A stretch of DNA of 63,971 nt, counting the filler, from Octopus bimaculoides (Eukaryota): NCBI RefSeq assembly GCF_001194135.2. It is 6 parts of 5 records of this genome, joined end to end, with 100 filler letters (N's around TTAATTAATTAA, not from the genome) between each part and the next. Parts side by side here need not be neighbours in the genome. Positions count along the whole stretch, not along the records: positions 1 to 20,203 come from NC_068982.1; 5 more parts are not named here. The stretch is one strand, 5' to 3'. Every line of letters starts with the position of its first letter. Positions within the stretch are counted from its first letter, which is position 1. The translations under genes were made by a program, and so were the position numbers. Shown here piece by piece: positions 1 to 12,700 of the stretch. Below the pieces are notes generated by a model that was given only the letters and a program-made list of their open reading frames with translations, had not been told where the DNA came from and made no database searches.

Positions 1-10
1 TCTCTCTCTC

Positions 11-303
11 TGAAAGTATCTGTCATTACAGTATCGAAATGTGATTGTTTCAGTTAGTAGAATAGTTTCATTTTTAAAGTGAAAGTATTTGACATGAGTG
101 TTTTTGTTTCACTTTTGACACGTAATACTTAAATAGTGGAGGAGATATTATGTTGCTGTGGGCTCGAACTCTGGAAGAAGTTAAAAAAACCCTAAGTAAG
201 GCATGTGTAAAATTTGAATGAAATTGGTTGCGTAGTTCTCGAGTTTTAGGGATTCACACAGACAGACAGACAGACACACATTCTCATTTTTATAAATATA
301 GAT
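11..303 (+). mobile_element. 3' part of a non-autonomous Helitron-like element (Lep1-type architecture)
   Basis: aaatttgaatgaaattggttgcgtagttctcgagtt, then a (GACA)n microsatellite, then ...cattctcatttttataaatatagat. This order of motifs matches the 3' end of microsatellite-carrying Helitron derivatives. Confidence 0.55.
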
Positions 304-533
304 ATCAAAAAATTATGTAAATTATTAAATCATCTATAAATAATTATACGTGAATAATTGTTTTTAATTTAGGTACAAAGCTAGAAACAAGAGGGGAGAA
401 AATCGGTCGATTAACTCGATCCCAGTACTTCATTGATTCCGAAAAGATGTAAAGCAAAGTTGGCCTCCACAGAATGTGTATGTATGTGTGCACACACACA
501 CACACATGTATACACATACGCATACACAAAAGA

Positions 534-783
534 TGTTGTTGTTGTTGGCACTCCGTCGCTTACGACGTCGAGGGTTCCAGTTGATCCGATCAACGGAACA
601 GCCTGCTCGTGAAATTAACGTGCACGTGGCTGAGCACTCCACAGACACGTGTACCCTTAACGTAGTTCTCGGGGATATTCAGCGTGACACAGTGTGACAA
701 GGCTGGCCCTTTGAATTACAGGCACAACAGAAACAGGAAGTAAGAGTGAGAGAAAGTTGTGGTGAAAGTGTACAGCAGGGTTT
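534..783 (-). mobile_element. tRNA-derived SINE (family D), 3' half; 5' part lost in gap
   Basis: Reverse complement of the tail at 2248-2327 (atttcacgagcaggctgttccgttgatcggatcaactggaacc...cgacggagtg); ends in (AAC)n on the minus strand. Confidence 0.75.
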
Positions 784-1606
784 NNNNNNNNNNNNNNNNN
801 NNNNNNNNNNNNNNNNNNNNNNNNNNNNNNNNNNNNNNNNNNNNNNNNNNNNNNNNNNNNNNNNNNNNNNNNNNNNNNNNNNNNNNNNNNNNNNNNNNNN
901 NNNNNNNNNNNNNNNNNNNNNNNNNNNNNNNNNNNNNNNNNNNNNNNNNNNNNNNNNNNNNNNNNNNNNNNNNNNNNNNNNNNNNNNNNNNNNNNNNNNN
1001 NNNNNNNNNNNNNNNNNNNNNNNNNNNNNNNNNNNNNNNNNNNNNNNNNNNNNNNNNNNNNNNNNNNNNNNNNNNNNNNNNNNNNNNNNNNNNNNNNNNN
1101 NNNNNNNNNNNNNNNNNNNNNNNNNNNNNNNNNNNNNNNNNNNNNNNNNNNNNNNNNNNNNNNNNNNNNNNNNNNNNNNNNNNNNNNNNNNNNNNNNNNN
1201 NNNNNNNNNNNNNNNNNNNNNNNNNNNNNNNNNNNNNNNNNNNNNNNNNNNNNNNNNNNNNNNNNNNNNNNNNNNNNNNNNNNNNNNNNNNNNNNNNNNN
1301 NNNNNNNNNNNNNNNNNNNNNNNNNNNNNNNNNNNNNNNNNNNNNNNNNNNNNNNNNNNNNNNNNNNNNNNNNNNNNNNNNNNNNNNNNNNNNNNNNNNN
1401 NNNNNNNNNNNNNNNNNNNNNNNNNNNNNNNNNNNNNNNNNNNNNNNNNNNNNNNNNNNNNNNNNNNNNNNNNNNNNNNNNNNNNNNNNNNNNNNNNNNN
1501 NNNNNNNNNNNNNNNNNNNNNNNNNNNNNNNNNNNNNNNNNNNNNNNNNNNNNNNNNNNNNNNNNNNNNNNNNNNNNNNNNNNNNNNNNNNNNNNNNNNN
1601 NNNNNN

Positions 1607-1607
1607 N

Positions 1608-1666
<59 letters not shown>
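1607..1666. repeat. (AG)n microsatellite
   Basis: Pure AG run directly after an N gap. Confidence 0.95.
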
Positions 1667-1668
<2 letters not shown>

Positions 1669-2054
1669 AAGCGTCAAAAGTTTAACAAGGAAAACTATGA
1701 AATAGGGAGATACAGAATTGAAAACTGCACTTGTCTTTATTTCAGAAAACAAAACGACCAACTAAAATGGAAAGATTGTATTTGATACTTTAAATATTTC
1801 ACCGATGGCCTCGTTTGGTAGAGAATGTCAAGTACTGATAGCATTATTGGGCGTCAGCTTAACTGATCAATTTCCCAGTTATACTAAGTATGGAATGTTG
1901 TAGAACACGAGCGTGTTTCATGACCGCAATTAAAATAATTGTCTGCGTTTGTTTGTTTGCCTGTACATACATATATACATGCATGCATACATACATACAT
2001 AAACGCATATATTTATATATGTATATGAATATATGTATCTATGTATACATATAT

Positions 2055-2162
2055 GAGGCGGCCAGCTGGCAGAATCGTTAGCACGCCGGGTGAAATGCTT
2101 AGCAGTATTTTGTCTGTTTTTATGCTCTGAGTTCAAATTCCGCCGAGGTGGACTTTGCCTTT
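2055..2162 (+). mobile_element. tRNA-derived SINE family A, 5' part
   Basis: ggcggccagctggcagaatcgttagcacgccggg (A-box-like) and gagttcaaattcc (B box); shared with copies at 10359, 14294, 20054 and 43922. Confidence 0.85.
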
Positions 2163-2164
2163 AA

Positions 2165-2327
2165 GAGTGGAGTCACAATGGCCCAGTGGTTAGGGCAGCG
2201 GATTCGCGGTCATAGGATCGCGGTTTCGATTCCCAGACCGGGCGTTATTAATTTCACGAGCAGGCTGTTCCGTTGATCGGATCAACTGGAACCCCCGACG
2301 TCGTAAGCGACGGAGTGTCAACAACAA
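2165..2327 (+). mobile_element. Internally deleted tRNA-derived SINE family D abutting or nested in family A
   Basis: tRNA head tggcccagtggttagggcagcgg...ggtttcgattcccagaccgggcg joined directly to the tail also seen at 534-640, ending in caacaacaa. Confidence 0.8.
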
Positions 2328-2617
2328 TACATATATACATTGTATGTATGTATGTATGTATGTATTTGCACACATGTGCAAACGCACACACAGATGCACA
2401 CATATGTACAAACGCATCTATCTATCTCTCTCTCTCTATATATATATATGTGTTTGTGTGTGTGTGTGTGTGTGCACAAACTTATTAACATGCACATACA
2501 TACACACATGTATATTGGGATGACAATCATAAAACTGTGAGTTTGTATCCTGGATAAGGCAGCGCGTTGTGTGCTTGAAGTGCGTCATTTCACATTGTTC
2601 CAATCTACTCAGCTGAA

Positions 2618-2783
2618 AATGACGACCGATTAAACACTGGTGCAGCCGTTTCTCTTTCCAGTTGTCACATCTTTCATGTTCCATTACGTGAAGGGCGGAA
2701 GATGACGACCAGTTAAGCACTAGTGTAGCCGCTTCGCTCTCCAGTTGTTGCAGCCTTGATGTTCCATTACGTGAAGGGCGGAA
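2618..2783 (+). repeat. 83-bp tandem duplication within a decayed SINE-like sequence (~2520-2850)
   Basis: atgacgacc at 2619 and 2702; gttccattacgtgaagggcggaag at 2678 and 2761 (period 83). Confidence 0.8.
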
Positions 2784-2855
2784 GTGCCGCGAGTGTGTCT
2801 CTGTCCGCGACTATGTGGGCACCTAAGACATACTCGCTTGCGAATAACAAGTCTG

Positions 2856-2891
<36 letters not shown>

Positions 2892-3335
2892 GGTATGTGT
2901 ATGTATGCGTGCAGACGTATACACACGTCCACGTTTCTATAGATGTTTGTAGGTTTATATGTACACACACACACATGTAAATTAATATAAACAACCATGC
3001 GCAATGCAATACTAGAAAGGAAAAATACAATTGTCACTAAATGCGACTGAAGGGTGTCAAGACACCTACATTGCTAGAAATAAGAACTAAAATGCTCTAA
3101 TGCTTTAGGAAAAGCACATAAATATATACATATATGGCTCGCAGGCGCTGCAATCTTCAGGCCATATAACATTAATGGATGTACAACAGAAATGAATCCA
3201 TAAAGATGATCAACCTAACGCTCACAGATGCTACGGACTACACTGTAATCATCTCAAGAATACAGACTGTAATTTTAAGAGACATGTGATTTGTGGAAAC
3301 GCCTGTAGCGATGCATTAAAGAGAATGATTGTTAT

Positions 3336-3662
3336 TAGTACCTCCGCCTTCGCTGAGGCAGAGGTATTGTTTTTAGTCGTGTTTGTTAGTTTGTTTGTTT
3401 GTCCGTGGAAAAGATATCTCTAGAATTGCTGGATGGATTCGGATGAAACTTTCAGGGACGTTTGGCCTCGTTACTGGCTCGAACTGATTAGATTTTGGGA
3501 TCGATCTGGACAAGGATTCTGGATTATTTTCCCATTTTTTTTATTACTAAATTTTTGAGAGCAGTCGAGTTCAGTTTTACTATTCTCATTTATGAGAGCA
3601 GTCGAGTTTATTTCAGATATTCTCATTTTGAAAATCATCTCTGGCTAATCGTTGAGAGGACG
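3336..3662 (+). mobile_element. Non-autonomous Helentron/HINE (DINE-1-like) element
   Basis: 5' hairpin cctccgcct-tcgctg-aggcagagg, (GTTT)n tract, then gatatctc...ggatggattcggatgaaactttcagg...gattagattttgggatcgatc, the typical Helentron-associated layout. Confidence 0.6.
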
Positions 3663-4898
3663 TGTATGTATTTAAGTGTGTATATACATATGTGTGATGA
3701 TATGTGTGTGCGTGTGGATGTATATATGTGTGTAAAAATATATGTGAATGTCTCTGTATGTATATATAAATGGACGTGCGGATGAATGCATGTATGCGTG
3801 TATAAATGTGCGTGTGCGTGTGTACTTGTATATATACAAATTTTCTCAACTTTATATACAACTTATAAATGTACTTTGCATCCTTACCTTATTTATATTG
3901 AAATTTCCTCTTTCATCTCTTTTAAATTTATTCATTTATCACTGCAATTCTATTTACCTACTCTATTTTACCTCCAGCCAACCTGCAAATTCCTCACCCT
4001 ACCACATGAAAATACAAATCAGAGATAGTTTCATTCACTCTGCTATAATGAATCCATAAACGAACGTATAAAACATCTAAGGGTATATTTTTTCCTTCTG
4101 CAGACGTTATGATCAGAAATATGAACTTTGATATTTAATTAATTCACTGAGTATAATTGAAACAGTTGTAAGGGATAATGTTCGATTTGTTGTTGATAAT
4201 AAACTCTTATTAACCTCACAATCTCCAATTTTTTCTTCCTTTATATGAATATAAGCTACAGGTTTTTATATACATACCTATTATTTTAAGGAAATCATTT
4301 TCCCCACAATTATTCGGTATTGGACAAGTATTTCTTTGGATGACACCATCCCTTCATGAGGCTAACATAACCTCTAATCGAAGTATATAAANNNNNNNNN
4401 NNNNNNNNNNNNNNNNNNNNNNNNNNNNNNNNNNNNNNNNNNNNNNNNNNNNNNNNNNNNNNNNNNNNNNNNNNNNNNNNNNNNNNNNNNNNNNNNNNNN
4501 NNNNNNNNNNNNNNNNNNNNNNNNNNNNNNNNNNNNNNNNNNNNNNNNNNNNNNNNNNNNNNNNNNNNNNNNNNNNNNNNNNNNNNNNNNNNNNNNNNNN
4601 NNNNNNNNNNNNNNNNNNNNNNNNNNNNNNNNNNNNNNNNNNNNNNNNNNNNNNNNNNNNNNNNNNNNNNNNNNNNNNNNNNNNNNNNNNNNNNNNNNNN
4701 NNNNNNNNNNNNNNNNNNNNNNNNNNNNNNNNNNNNNNNNNNNNNNNNNNNNNNNNNNNNNNNNNNNNNNNNNNNNNNNNNNNNNNNNNNNNNNNNNNNN
4801 NNNNNNNNNNNNNNNNNNNNNNNNNNNNNNNNNNNNNNNNNNNNNNNNNNNNNNNNNNNNNNNNNNNNNNNNNNNNNNNNNNNNNNNNNNNNNNNNNN

Positions 4899-4947
<49 letters not shown>

Positions 4948-6490
4948 ATGTATGTATATATTTGCAGAAAACAAAATAGGAATACAAATGAAGGAACAAT
5001 AAGCAGGTGTATTAGTTTGGCACCCGGGAAGAATGGAAAAGTCTTTGACTTTTTGAGCCCACGCCCTTCGACAGAAAGGATTGAGAGACAAAAAAAATGG
5101 GAGGGGGAACGAAAAAAAAACAGAGAGAGAAAAATATGTGTGTGGATTAATGGTTCAACATGATAAAATGGTCGGAAGAAAGAGGCTGAGTGATAGGGAT
5201 ATAATAACAGTGACCTGGCCAAACTAGGGTTCGCATGCGCGCGCGTTACGTGAAAATGTTGTATGTGAGTGTGCATGTGTGAATGAGAGCAAGCGCGTGT
5301 GATTGTATGAGTGGACGGGCTTTAACTTTTGTGGGCCTGTGTGTGTGTATGAGTATAAGTAACTTAGTGCGTACATTTTGTGGAGTGATGTGTGTTTCAT
5401 GTATTGGTGTGTATGTGTGTGTGCGTATAGACGTGTGTACATGGCGTATATATTTACTCTTAATACGTTACGGCATATTCAAACGTGTATATGTTAGTCA
5501 CTGTCGCATTTCACCAGGAAACAACTATACCTTTAAAACGAACGTGTGTTCATAACACACTTGATTCAATAGCGTAAAATGACTCTCTTAACTGTACATA
5601 TAACGATTTATTGTTGGTGTACAGACATCGATACGAATCAGTAAATAATTTCTTGGCTGAAGTTATAAGCAAGAGCTACAAACTCTTGTTAACATCATTA
5701 GTTCGGGTTATCTTTGACTAAAGAGACATAACAATGTCGAACACTGGCTGCCCCAGAGTATCTTATGGTAACGAATCGTGTTATGAAAACACATTCATCT
5801 TAAAGGAGAAGTTTTTCTATGACTAAACTCAACAGTAGTTAGCATATCCACGTTCGAATCTGCCGAAACGTTATAAGAACAGGAATGCATATAATTGTTT
5901 AAGTATATTGTTTTTGCTTTTTTGTCGTTTTTTTCTTTATAAAGCCATATCACACATTGTATATATACATTGTTGAGTGGCAAGACATTGCGGTTTTTGA
6001 CTAAAATAAAATGTCATAGAAACCTGGTGTGTTAAAAATACTATGTATCGGAGGGAAACAGCTTACAGCTAGCCGTTTTTAATCTACCTATACCTATAAG
6101 AGAATTTATCTCGGATGGAAACCACACCATCTTGCCTGTCAACGGTGTATATATATATATATATCAAGTNNNNNNNNNNNNNNNNNNNNNNNNNNNNNNN
6201 NNNNNNNNNNNNNNNNNNNNNNNNNNNNNNNNNNNNNNNNNNNNNNNNNNNNNNNNNNNNNNNNNNNNNNNNNNNNNNNNNNNNNNNNNNNNNNNNNNNN
6301 NNNNNNNNNNNNNNNNNNNNNNNNNNNNNNNNNNNNNNNNNNNNNNNNNNNNNNNNNNNNNNNNNNNNNNNNNNNNNNNNNNNNNNNNNNNNNNNNNNNN
6401 NNNNNNNNNNNNNNNNNNNNNNNNNNNNNNNNNNNNNNNNNNNNNNNNNNNNNNNNNNNNNNNNNNNNATGGGCCTGTGTATAGTTTGGA

Positions 6491-6573
6491 GTGTTGTGTG
6501 TTTCATGTATTTCTGTGTGTGTGTGTATATGGACGTGTGTGTATGAATGTGAAGCTTTCGCGTGTGTGTTTGA

Positions 6574-6610
<37 letters not shown>

Positions 6611-7202
6611 CGTGCGTGTATAGCCGCTTGTACACAGCAGTTGATGTGTGCTTGTTCGAGTTGTGTGCGCGTGTGTGTGTGACCCTATAGTGTATATTAT
6701 GTACGTTTGAATGCGGAAGTTGTGTGTGTTTATGTGCGTTGCGTGTGTGTGTATATTGTCTGTGTTCAGTCGTATTGCGTGTATGTGCATTGTGTGTGCC
6801 TTTTGGAATTCATACTGTGTGTTGTGGGGAACTGCATAGAGGTGTGAGGTGTGATAGGGGTGACGGGAGTTAGGGTTGGGAGGTGGGATAGGGGTGACGG
6901 GAATTAAGGGTTGGCAGGTATTGGGTGCTAGCATGTGCGGAGTTGGAAGGTGTGTGTGTGAACGTATGTGCATGTGAGTGTATGTGGGAGTATGCATGAT
7001 GGTGTGTGGTGTGTGTACTGAGTTGAACCGCGTGTAGAGGTGTTCGTATTGTGGTGTGTATGGTAAGAATATTGAAGTGTACGTGTAGGTGTATGCATAA
7101 TGGTGTGTGGTGTGACTACTGAGTTAAACAATGTGTATGGGTGTTTGTATAGTGGTGTGTGTGTGGTGAAGGTACTGAGTTAGGCGGTGCACAGTGTGTG
7201 TG

Positions 7203-7210
<8 letters not shown>
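6491..7210. repeat. GT-rich low-complexity tract with a G-run cluster (6857-6910) and degenerate ...tactgagtt units
   Basis: Strong G/T strand bias; duplicated gataggggtgacggga; three tactgagtt motifs near 7017, 7117 and 7172. Confidence 0.7.
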
Positions 7211-7247
<37 letters not shown>

Positions 7248-9583
7248 CACATTTATACATACAAATATAAATATATACGCATATATATGCATATATACAA
7301 ATATATACCGTGACATTTACATGTAAAAAACATAATCTTTGCCACGCTTTCAGTCTTATGTTATTAACATCATTTTATGGGACAGCGATATATACACCAA
7401 ATGTGATAGGTTTCTCCCTTATTTACCGTTGCAATTTGAAAATGTGGTATCTCGTGAAAAGTTTAAAGATAATTTATCCATATTGTATAATAATACGGTA
7501 TCTTCCAGAAACGTTTTCCGAGCATCATCCTCACGGTTTGAAGCTGATGTTCGTATCTATTGTAGTTTCAGTAACCTTTCTGTTCCTGTCGCAAGATAAA
7601 CTCTTAATTTATAAAGAAGGCACATCCGTCTTGCAAGAACAGGTACTAAGGATTTTTTACGTATGATGACAAATATTGGTATATATAGTTATTAAGATAG
7701 TTGATTTGATATATTTTAGTAAGAAGATTACAACGGTTTGCAAAGCCATTTGGCCATTAGTAAAATTTTTTCATGGCTGACCCGTTAAATCAGAATTCGA
7801 GATGTTATCTATTTATGCAATCCAAGGCATCTACAATGCTTCGCATTTAATATCATTTGATTTCTGCTAGTGAATGATTTTCCTTTAGTTCTTGTTTTCA
7901 ACTTTTCTGTCATGTTTCGCGAAGAACAATTCAAGAGATTAAAACTGCTCAATTCTGAAAGAATATTTGTTTTTATTCCAGTAAAATTTTCTGCTGTTGT
8001 TTAACTCCACTCGAGTAGACCTATGATCAAATCATTCTCGCTGTGACTTCACCTATTATCAAATATGTCCGATATTTATGACGAAACGTTTTGGGAGCAG
8101 GTTGGCTACTATTTCAGTACGTAAGTGTGCTTCCATTGGTTCAGCTCGAAATATTCTATTTGTTTGAATGACAAAAATTCATTCCCTGAATCATCGAATT
8201 AGTTAGACACCAGCTTAGATACTCTGCTTCTGTTTTTTTTTCTGTAAATTAAATATTAATTTTATTGAAAGTTACTTCTTAGTAATATTTTGGATCTTTA
8301 CATTTAAAGTAAAAGTTTCATCAGTGGAAGCCTATATTTTTTTTTAGCTTTCTTCTATCTTTTCGTAATTGTTGCTGCAATGAAATGTGATATATAATAT
8401 AGTGTTTATAGCATACTCTAAACAGTTCTGAATATGCATTTATCTATTTGATTCCCTAACTAGTGAAAGTTTATCTAGTGTAATGTTTCCTTCGTTCTAA
8501 CTTCTTAACTCGCAGTGTGTGTGTTTGTGTGTATGTGCTTGCATGCGCGAGCGTGTGTGTGTGTGTGTATGCTTTTGTGTGTGCTTGCATGCTCGAGCGT
8601 GTGTGCGTGTTTGCATGTGTGTGTGTGTCCGTGTTCCTGTGAATGTAAGCTTATGCTTTTGACTAAGATTTTTTTTTATTATGGTACAATTTTTTTTCTG
8701 TACTGCTGAATGAAGCGAACTATTTACATTAAAATATACTTTGCTCACTTCAAATGGATAAAATGCAATCAATTTCGACTCCTTGAAATTTGAACTAAGA
8801 GACACAACATATTAAGTATGAAAGCACACCTTCATTGTCCTTCTGGCGTTAACATTATAAACAGATCGAGTGTTATAAATTTTATAGCTAATGAGTAAAC
8901 ATAGATAGATGCATTGACATCTGACATGCCAAATAGACAAATATGTTGCGGTTAGAGAGAAAGAAAGAAAGTGACACAGAGAGATACAGGAGCAAACTCA
9001 GAGAAGTAGATAGCAGAATGAATAGAAAGCAAGGAAGAAACAGAATGGAGTTAGAGAAAAGAGAGAGAAAAAAGAAAAGAGAGAGAAAAAAGAAAAGATG
9101 GGTCAACTAGTAGGACAGGTTGGCCGTTAGGAATATATAGGTGTATATTTTAATTATATAAAATGACTGTAGTTAAATTCGACATTTTACGGTCGCTTCT
9201 TAGGGAAACAAAAGTCATGACAGTTACTGCGCAGATACGAGAATTGCGACTGATGGTGACATTTACATAAAAATTGATTACCACAACCAAACCTATATTC
9301 AGGATAAAAGTTTTGTATATTTTTCTTGATATGTTTTTTTTTGCTGAAGAAATATTCATCTTTATGCCACTGTTCCACTTACTACCACTTATGAACTTAC
9401 AAACCAGACATATTATTTCTTACTGAGACTAATTATCTCTACCTAACTCCGTCAGTCAATCTCCACTGACCTCGCGATGGTCTTTTATCACTCTAATGAT
9501 TGAAGTACGGGATCCGTATGTGCGTAATATCGGTGTTATTATTAATGTAACTCAGCATCTCTTGGAATTCTAGCTTTGAAGTA

Positions 9584-9960
9584 GAGGCGCAGGCATGGCT
9601 GTCTGGTTAAGAACCTCGTTTTGCAACCATGTAGTTTCGGGTTCAATCTCACTGCACGGACGCTTGGGCCAAAGTATCTTCAACTATAGCCAAGAGCCGA
9701 GCAATACTTTGCGAGAGAATATAGTAAACAGAAACTGTGTGCGCGTCTAAGTTTGTACTCCACCATCTCTTGAAAATCGGGTTTAGTTTATTTACGTCTC
9801 CGTGACATAACGGTTCAGCAAAAGTGACTGATTGAATAAGTACCAAACTTAAAAAATAAGAAGGGGCATAAATTTTTCGGCTAAACCCTTTAAAGCAGTA
9901 CTTCAGTATGGCCGAAATCTAATGAAGGAAACAAGTAAAAGATAGAAGAAAAGATAAAGC
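9584..9960 (+). mobile_element. tRNA-derived SINE family B, near full length, diverged
   Basis: Head ggcgcaggcatggctgtctggttaagaa...gggttcaatc; body tcttcaactatagcc...cggttcagcaaaag; tail cagtatggccg...gaaacaagtaaaaga. Confidence 0.85.
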
Positions 9961-10358
9961 TTACTCGAAAAAAGTACTCTACATTTTTATCAGCCATTCT
10001 GACTAAACTTGTTAGATAAAAACCTTCTTAATATCCCGTTTCTTACATCGAGACCATTTAGCACAATTACTTCACTGTTACACATCAACTTTAAGCCCTA
10101 CCCACAAAACAAAACTAAAACAACACCAACAACAGCCCCTTCTGACACTTTCACCTCTTCCAGATGGTGTAAGTCTTTCAAACAGTTGAATTATTTGTTA
10201 TTTTCGAATAATTTCACTGCTATAACAAACAATTGCCATTTTCTGCTCATTTTCTTGGAATTTTTTTAATTTTTATTTTTGTAGAATCTAGCTTCATCTT
10301 TCTGATAGCGTTTCCATGGTGAAAAAAAATTTTGTCGTAATCCTTATATTGAGAATTA

Positions 10359-10558
10359 GGGGCGGTGAGCTGGCAGAATTGCTAGCACGCAGGGCAAAAT
10401 GTTACGCGGCATTTCGTCTGTCTTTACATTTTGAGTTGAAATTCCGCAGAGATTGACTTTGCTTTTCGTCCTTTCAGCTTGATAAAATAAATACCAGTTG
10501 AGCACTGGGTCGATCTAATTGACTTAGCCCCTTTTCCCAAAATTTCTGGCTTTAAAAC
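10359..10558 (+). mobile_element. SINE family A with a candidate 17-bp TSD
   Basis: Family A head and body; flanked by ccttatattgagaatta (10342-10358) and ccttatattaagaatta (10559-10575). Confidence 0.85.
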
Positions 10559-10811
10559 CCTTATATTAAGAATTAACATTGCATTAACACTGTTGACTTC
10601 CTAAAACCATTTGACAAAGTCTTTGTTATAAATGACACATTGAAAACTTGCATATTCTTTCAAAATGATAGACATGGAGAATCTATAGTGATAAATGTTT
10701 TTTGAATGATAATGGAGTCGAAATTCTGTGAATAAACAGACAAGAATAAATTTAAAATAACTGTAAATGAAATATTTCCACGCTGAAAAAATAAGTGAAA
10801 AGTTTCTTATC

Positions 10812-11030
10812 GTTTACCATTTATCTTTTACTTGTTTCAGTAACTAATCTGCGGTCATGCTCGGGCACTACGTTGAAAAATTTTAGTCGAACAAATCGAC
10901 CGTAGTAATTATTTTTTTAAAGCCTGTTACTGCTATCGGTTTCTTTTGCCGAACCGTTGGGTAACGGGGGTGTAAACATACCAACACCGGTTGGTAAGCG
11001 ACCGTGAGGGACAAACAAACACACGGACAT
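10812..11030 (-). mobile_element. SINE family B, 3' half
   Basis: cttttacttgtttcag...ctatcggtttcttttgccgaaccg...gtaaacataccaacaccggttg is the reverse complement of the family B tail. Confidence 0.85.
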
Positions 11031-11086
11031 ACTCACGCACAGGCGCACAATCATATAAACGACGTATATACGTATATATATGTGCA

Positions 11087-11160
<74 letters not shown>

Positions 11161-11284
11161 TACATACATATATATATATACGTACTACGTACGCACACAC
11201 ACACACACATGCTTAACGTCACTCCCAAGTAAGCATAACCTGGTAGCTTGGATCACACTTTCGCAAATTGTTTTTCGTGCCTAA

Positions 11285-11545
11285 GTTGTCGCAATCAAAC
11301 ATCGATGCCCTCGCGTTATTACACTCTTGACTAAATGGGACATTGAGGATGTCACAGATGGAGGGAGATAGGGCTCCACTAGCACTAACATGGAACTGAT
11401 TTCCAACTTAGTAGAATGGGTTGCTGGGTAGTAACGGAAAATGATGTACCTTGTCCTAGGACGCAACATGTCACCCCGGTCCAGGAATTGAACCCACGAC
11501 CTCATAATCAGCAGCCCAAAATACATAACCACTAGGACATGTGCT
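11285..11545 (-). mobile_element. tRNA-derived SINE (family E)
   Basis: Minus strand reads gcacatgtcctagtggttatg...gtcgtgggttcaattcctggaccgg (A and B boxes); similar heads at 12585 and 62085. Confidence 0.7.
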
Positions 11546-12584
11546 TTCTTGATTATCAGTACAACCTATTGAAACTCATAGTTTAAATTCATAACAAACA
11601 CAATTCTACAGATTGTACGTAATCTTATAGGATGTCAGAATTTAAATATTGGTCCTCGTTCCCAACTAGAACTTTAGAAAATTCCAGAGGAGAATCCCCA
11701 CCACCACCACCACCACCACCACCACACCAAACCCTGGTCCAGTATTCCTATTCCTGGTTTAGTGCGTAGCACAACATTGTGGAATGAAAATGTATTGCAT
11801 GCTGGACCTTTTTCTTACATAGTCTTACAAATTTTTCAATTATTGAAACTAAACAAAATACTTGAGCTATTTATTTTTTTTATCGTGTGTTGTCATATGT
11901 CTATGTTACATAGAACCCCATTAACATCACTGCAATCTCAGTTTAATTTACAGTAGACTGTTGCTTTGCTGGATATTATATTATACCAGGAAAGCAGTTA
12001 TTTTGATATATCAAAATCCATTATAACAGTCTAGCTATGTGTGTACTCTAGCCATGTATATTGCTCCCTCTCTAAACAAATATAAACATAGACATGTGAA
12101 AGAAGGAAAAAATCTGAATTCATTTCGAAGTGGTGTTTAATTTCTAATGCTTATGCAAGCGTTTATAGCATGTTTATAAAATTTTGAAGGGGATGTTGAG
12201 TTAATGCAGTAAGTTTCTAAGAAATATGTTGGATTCTACCAAGAGAAGCAACACCTATTAAAAGCCAGCTGCATATACTGAATATTAACTTTCAACTGTA
12301 GATGCTGCATACTATATACATTTTGTCGTTATCCTAAGTTTATATTAATACAAGCTCCACTGTAACTCTGATAGATATGGTTTGTATGATTACGTTTACT
12401 TTTCAGCATTTTTCAACATGAGAGAAGTTGAAATAACATTAGATTAGTAGTTAGAAATGACAGCATTAATATACTGTTTCAGACAACGTGGATAGTTTCC
12501 AGATCAAGATATTTCTGTCCATGCGTCAAGGCGAAGTAAATTTATGCAAGAATGTTATTTTTCACTGAGACGAAGCTAATAGTG

Positions 12585-12700
12585 AAAGCGCGTGGCCTAG
12601 TGGTTAGGATATTGGGCTCACACTTGTTAAATAGTGGGTTCGATTCTCAGAACGAGTGGTATTCGTGTCCTTGAGCAAAGGGTTTCATGTTGCTATGGTT
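12585..12700 (+). mobile_element. tRNA-derived SINE head (family E)
   Basis: gcgcgtggcctagtggttagg...gtgggttcgattctcag...gtgtccttgagcaaag. Confidence 0.7.
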
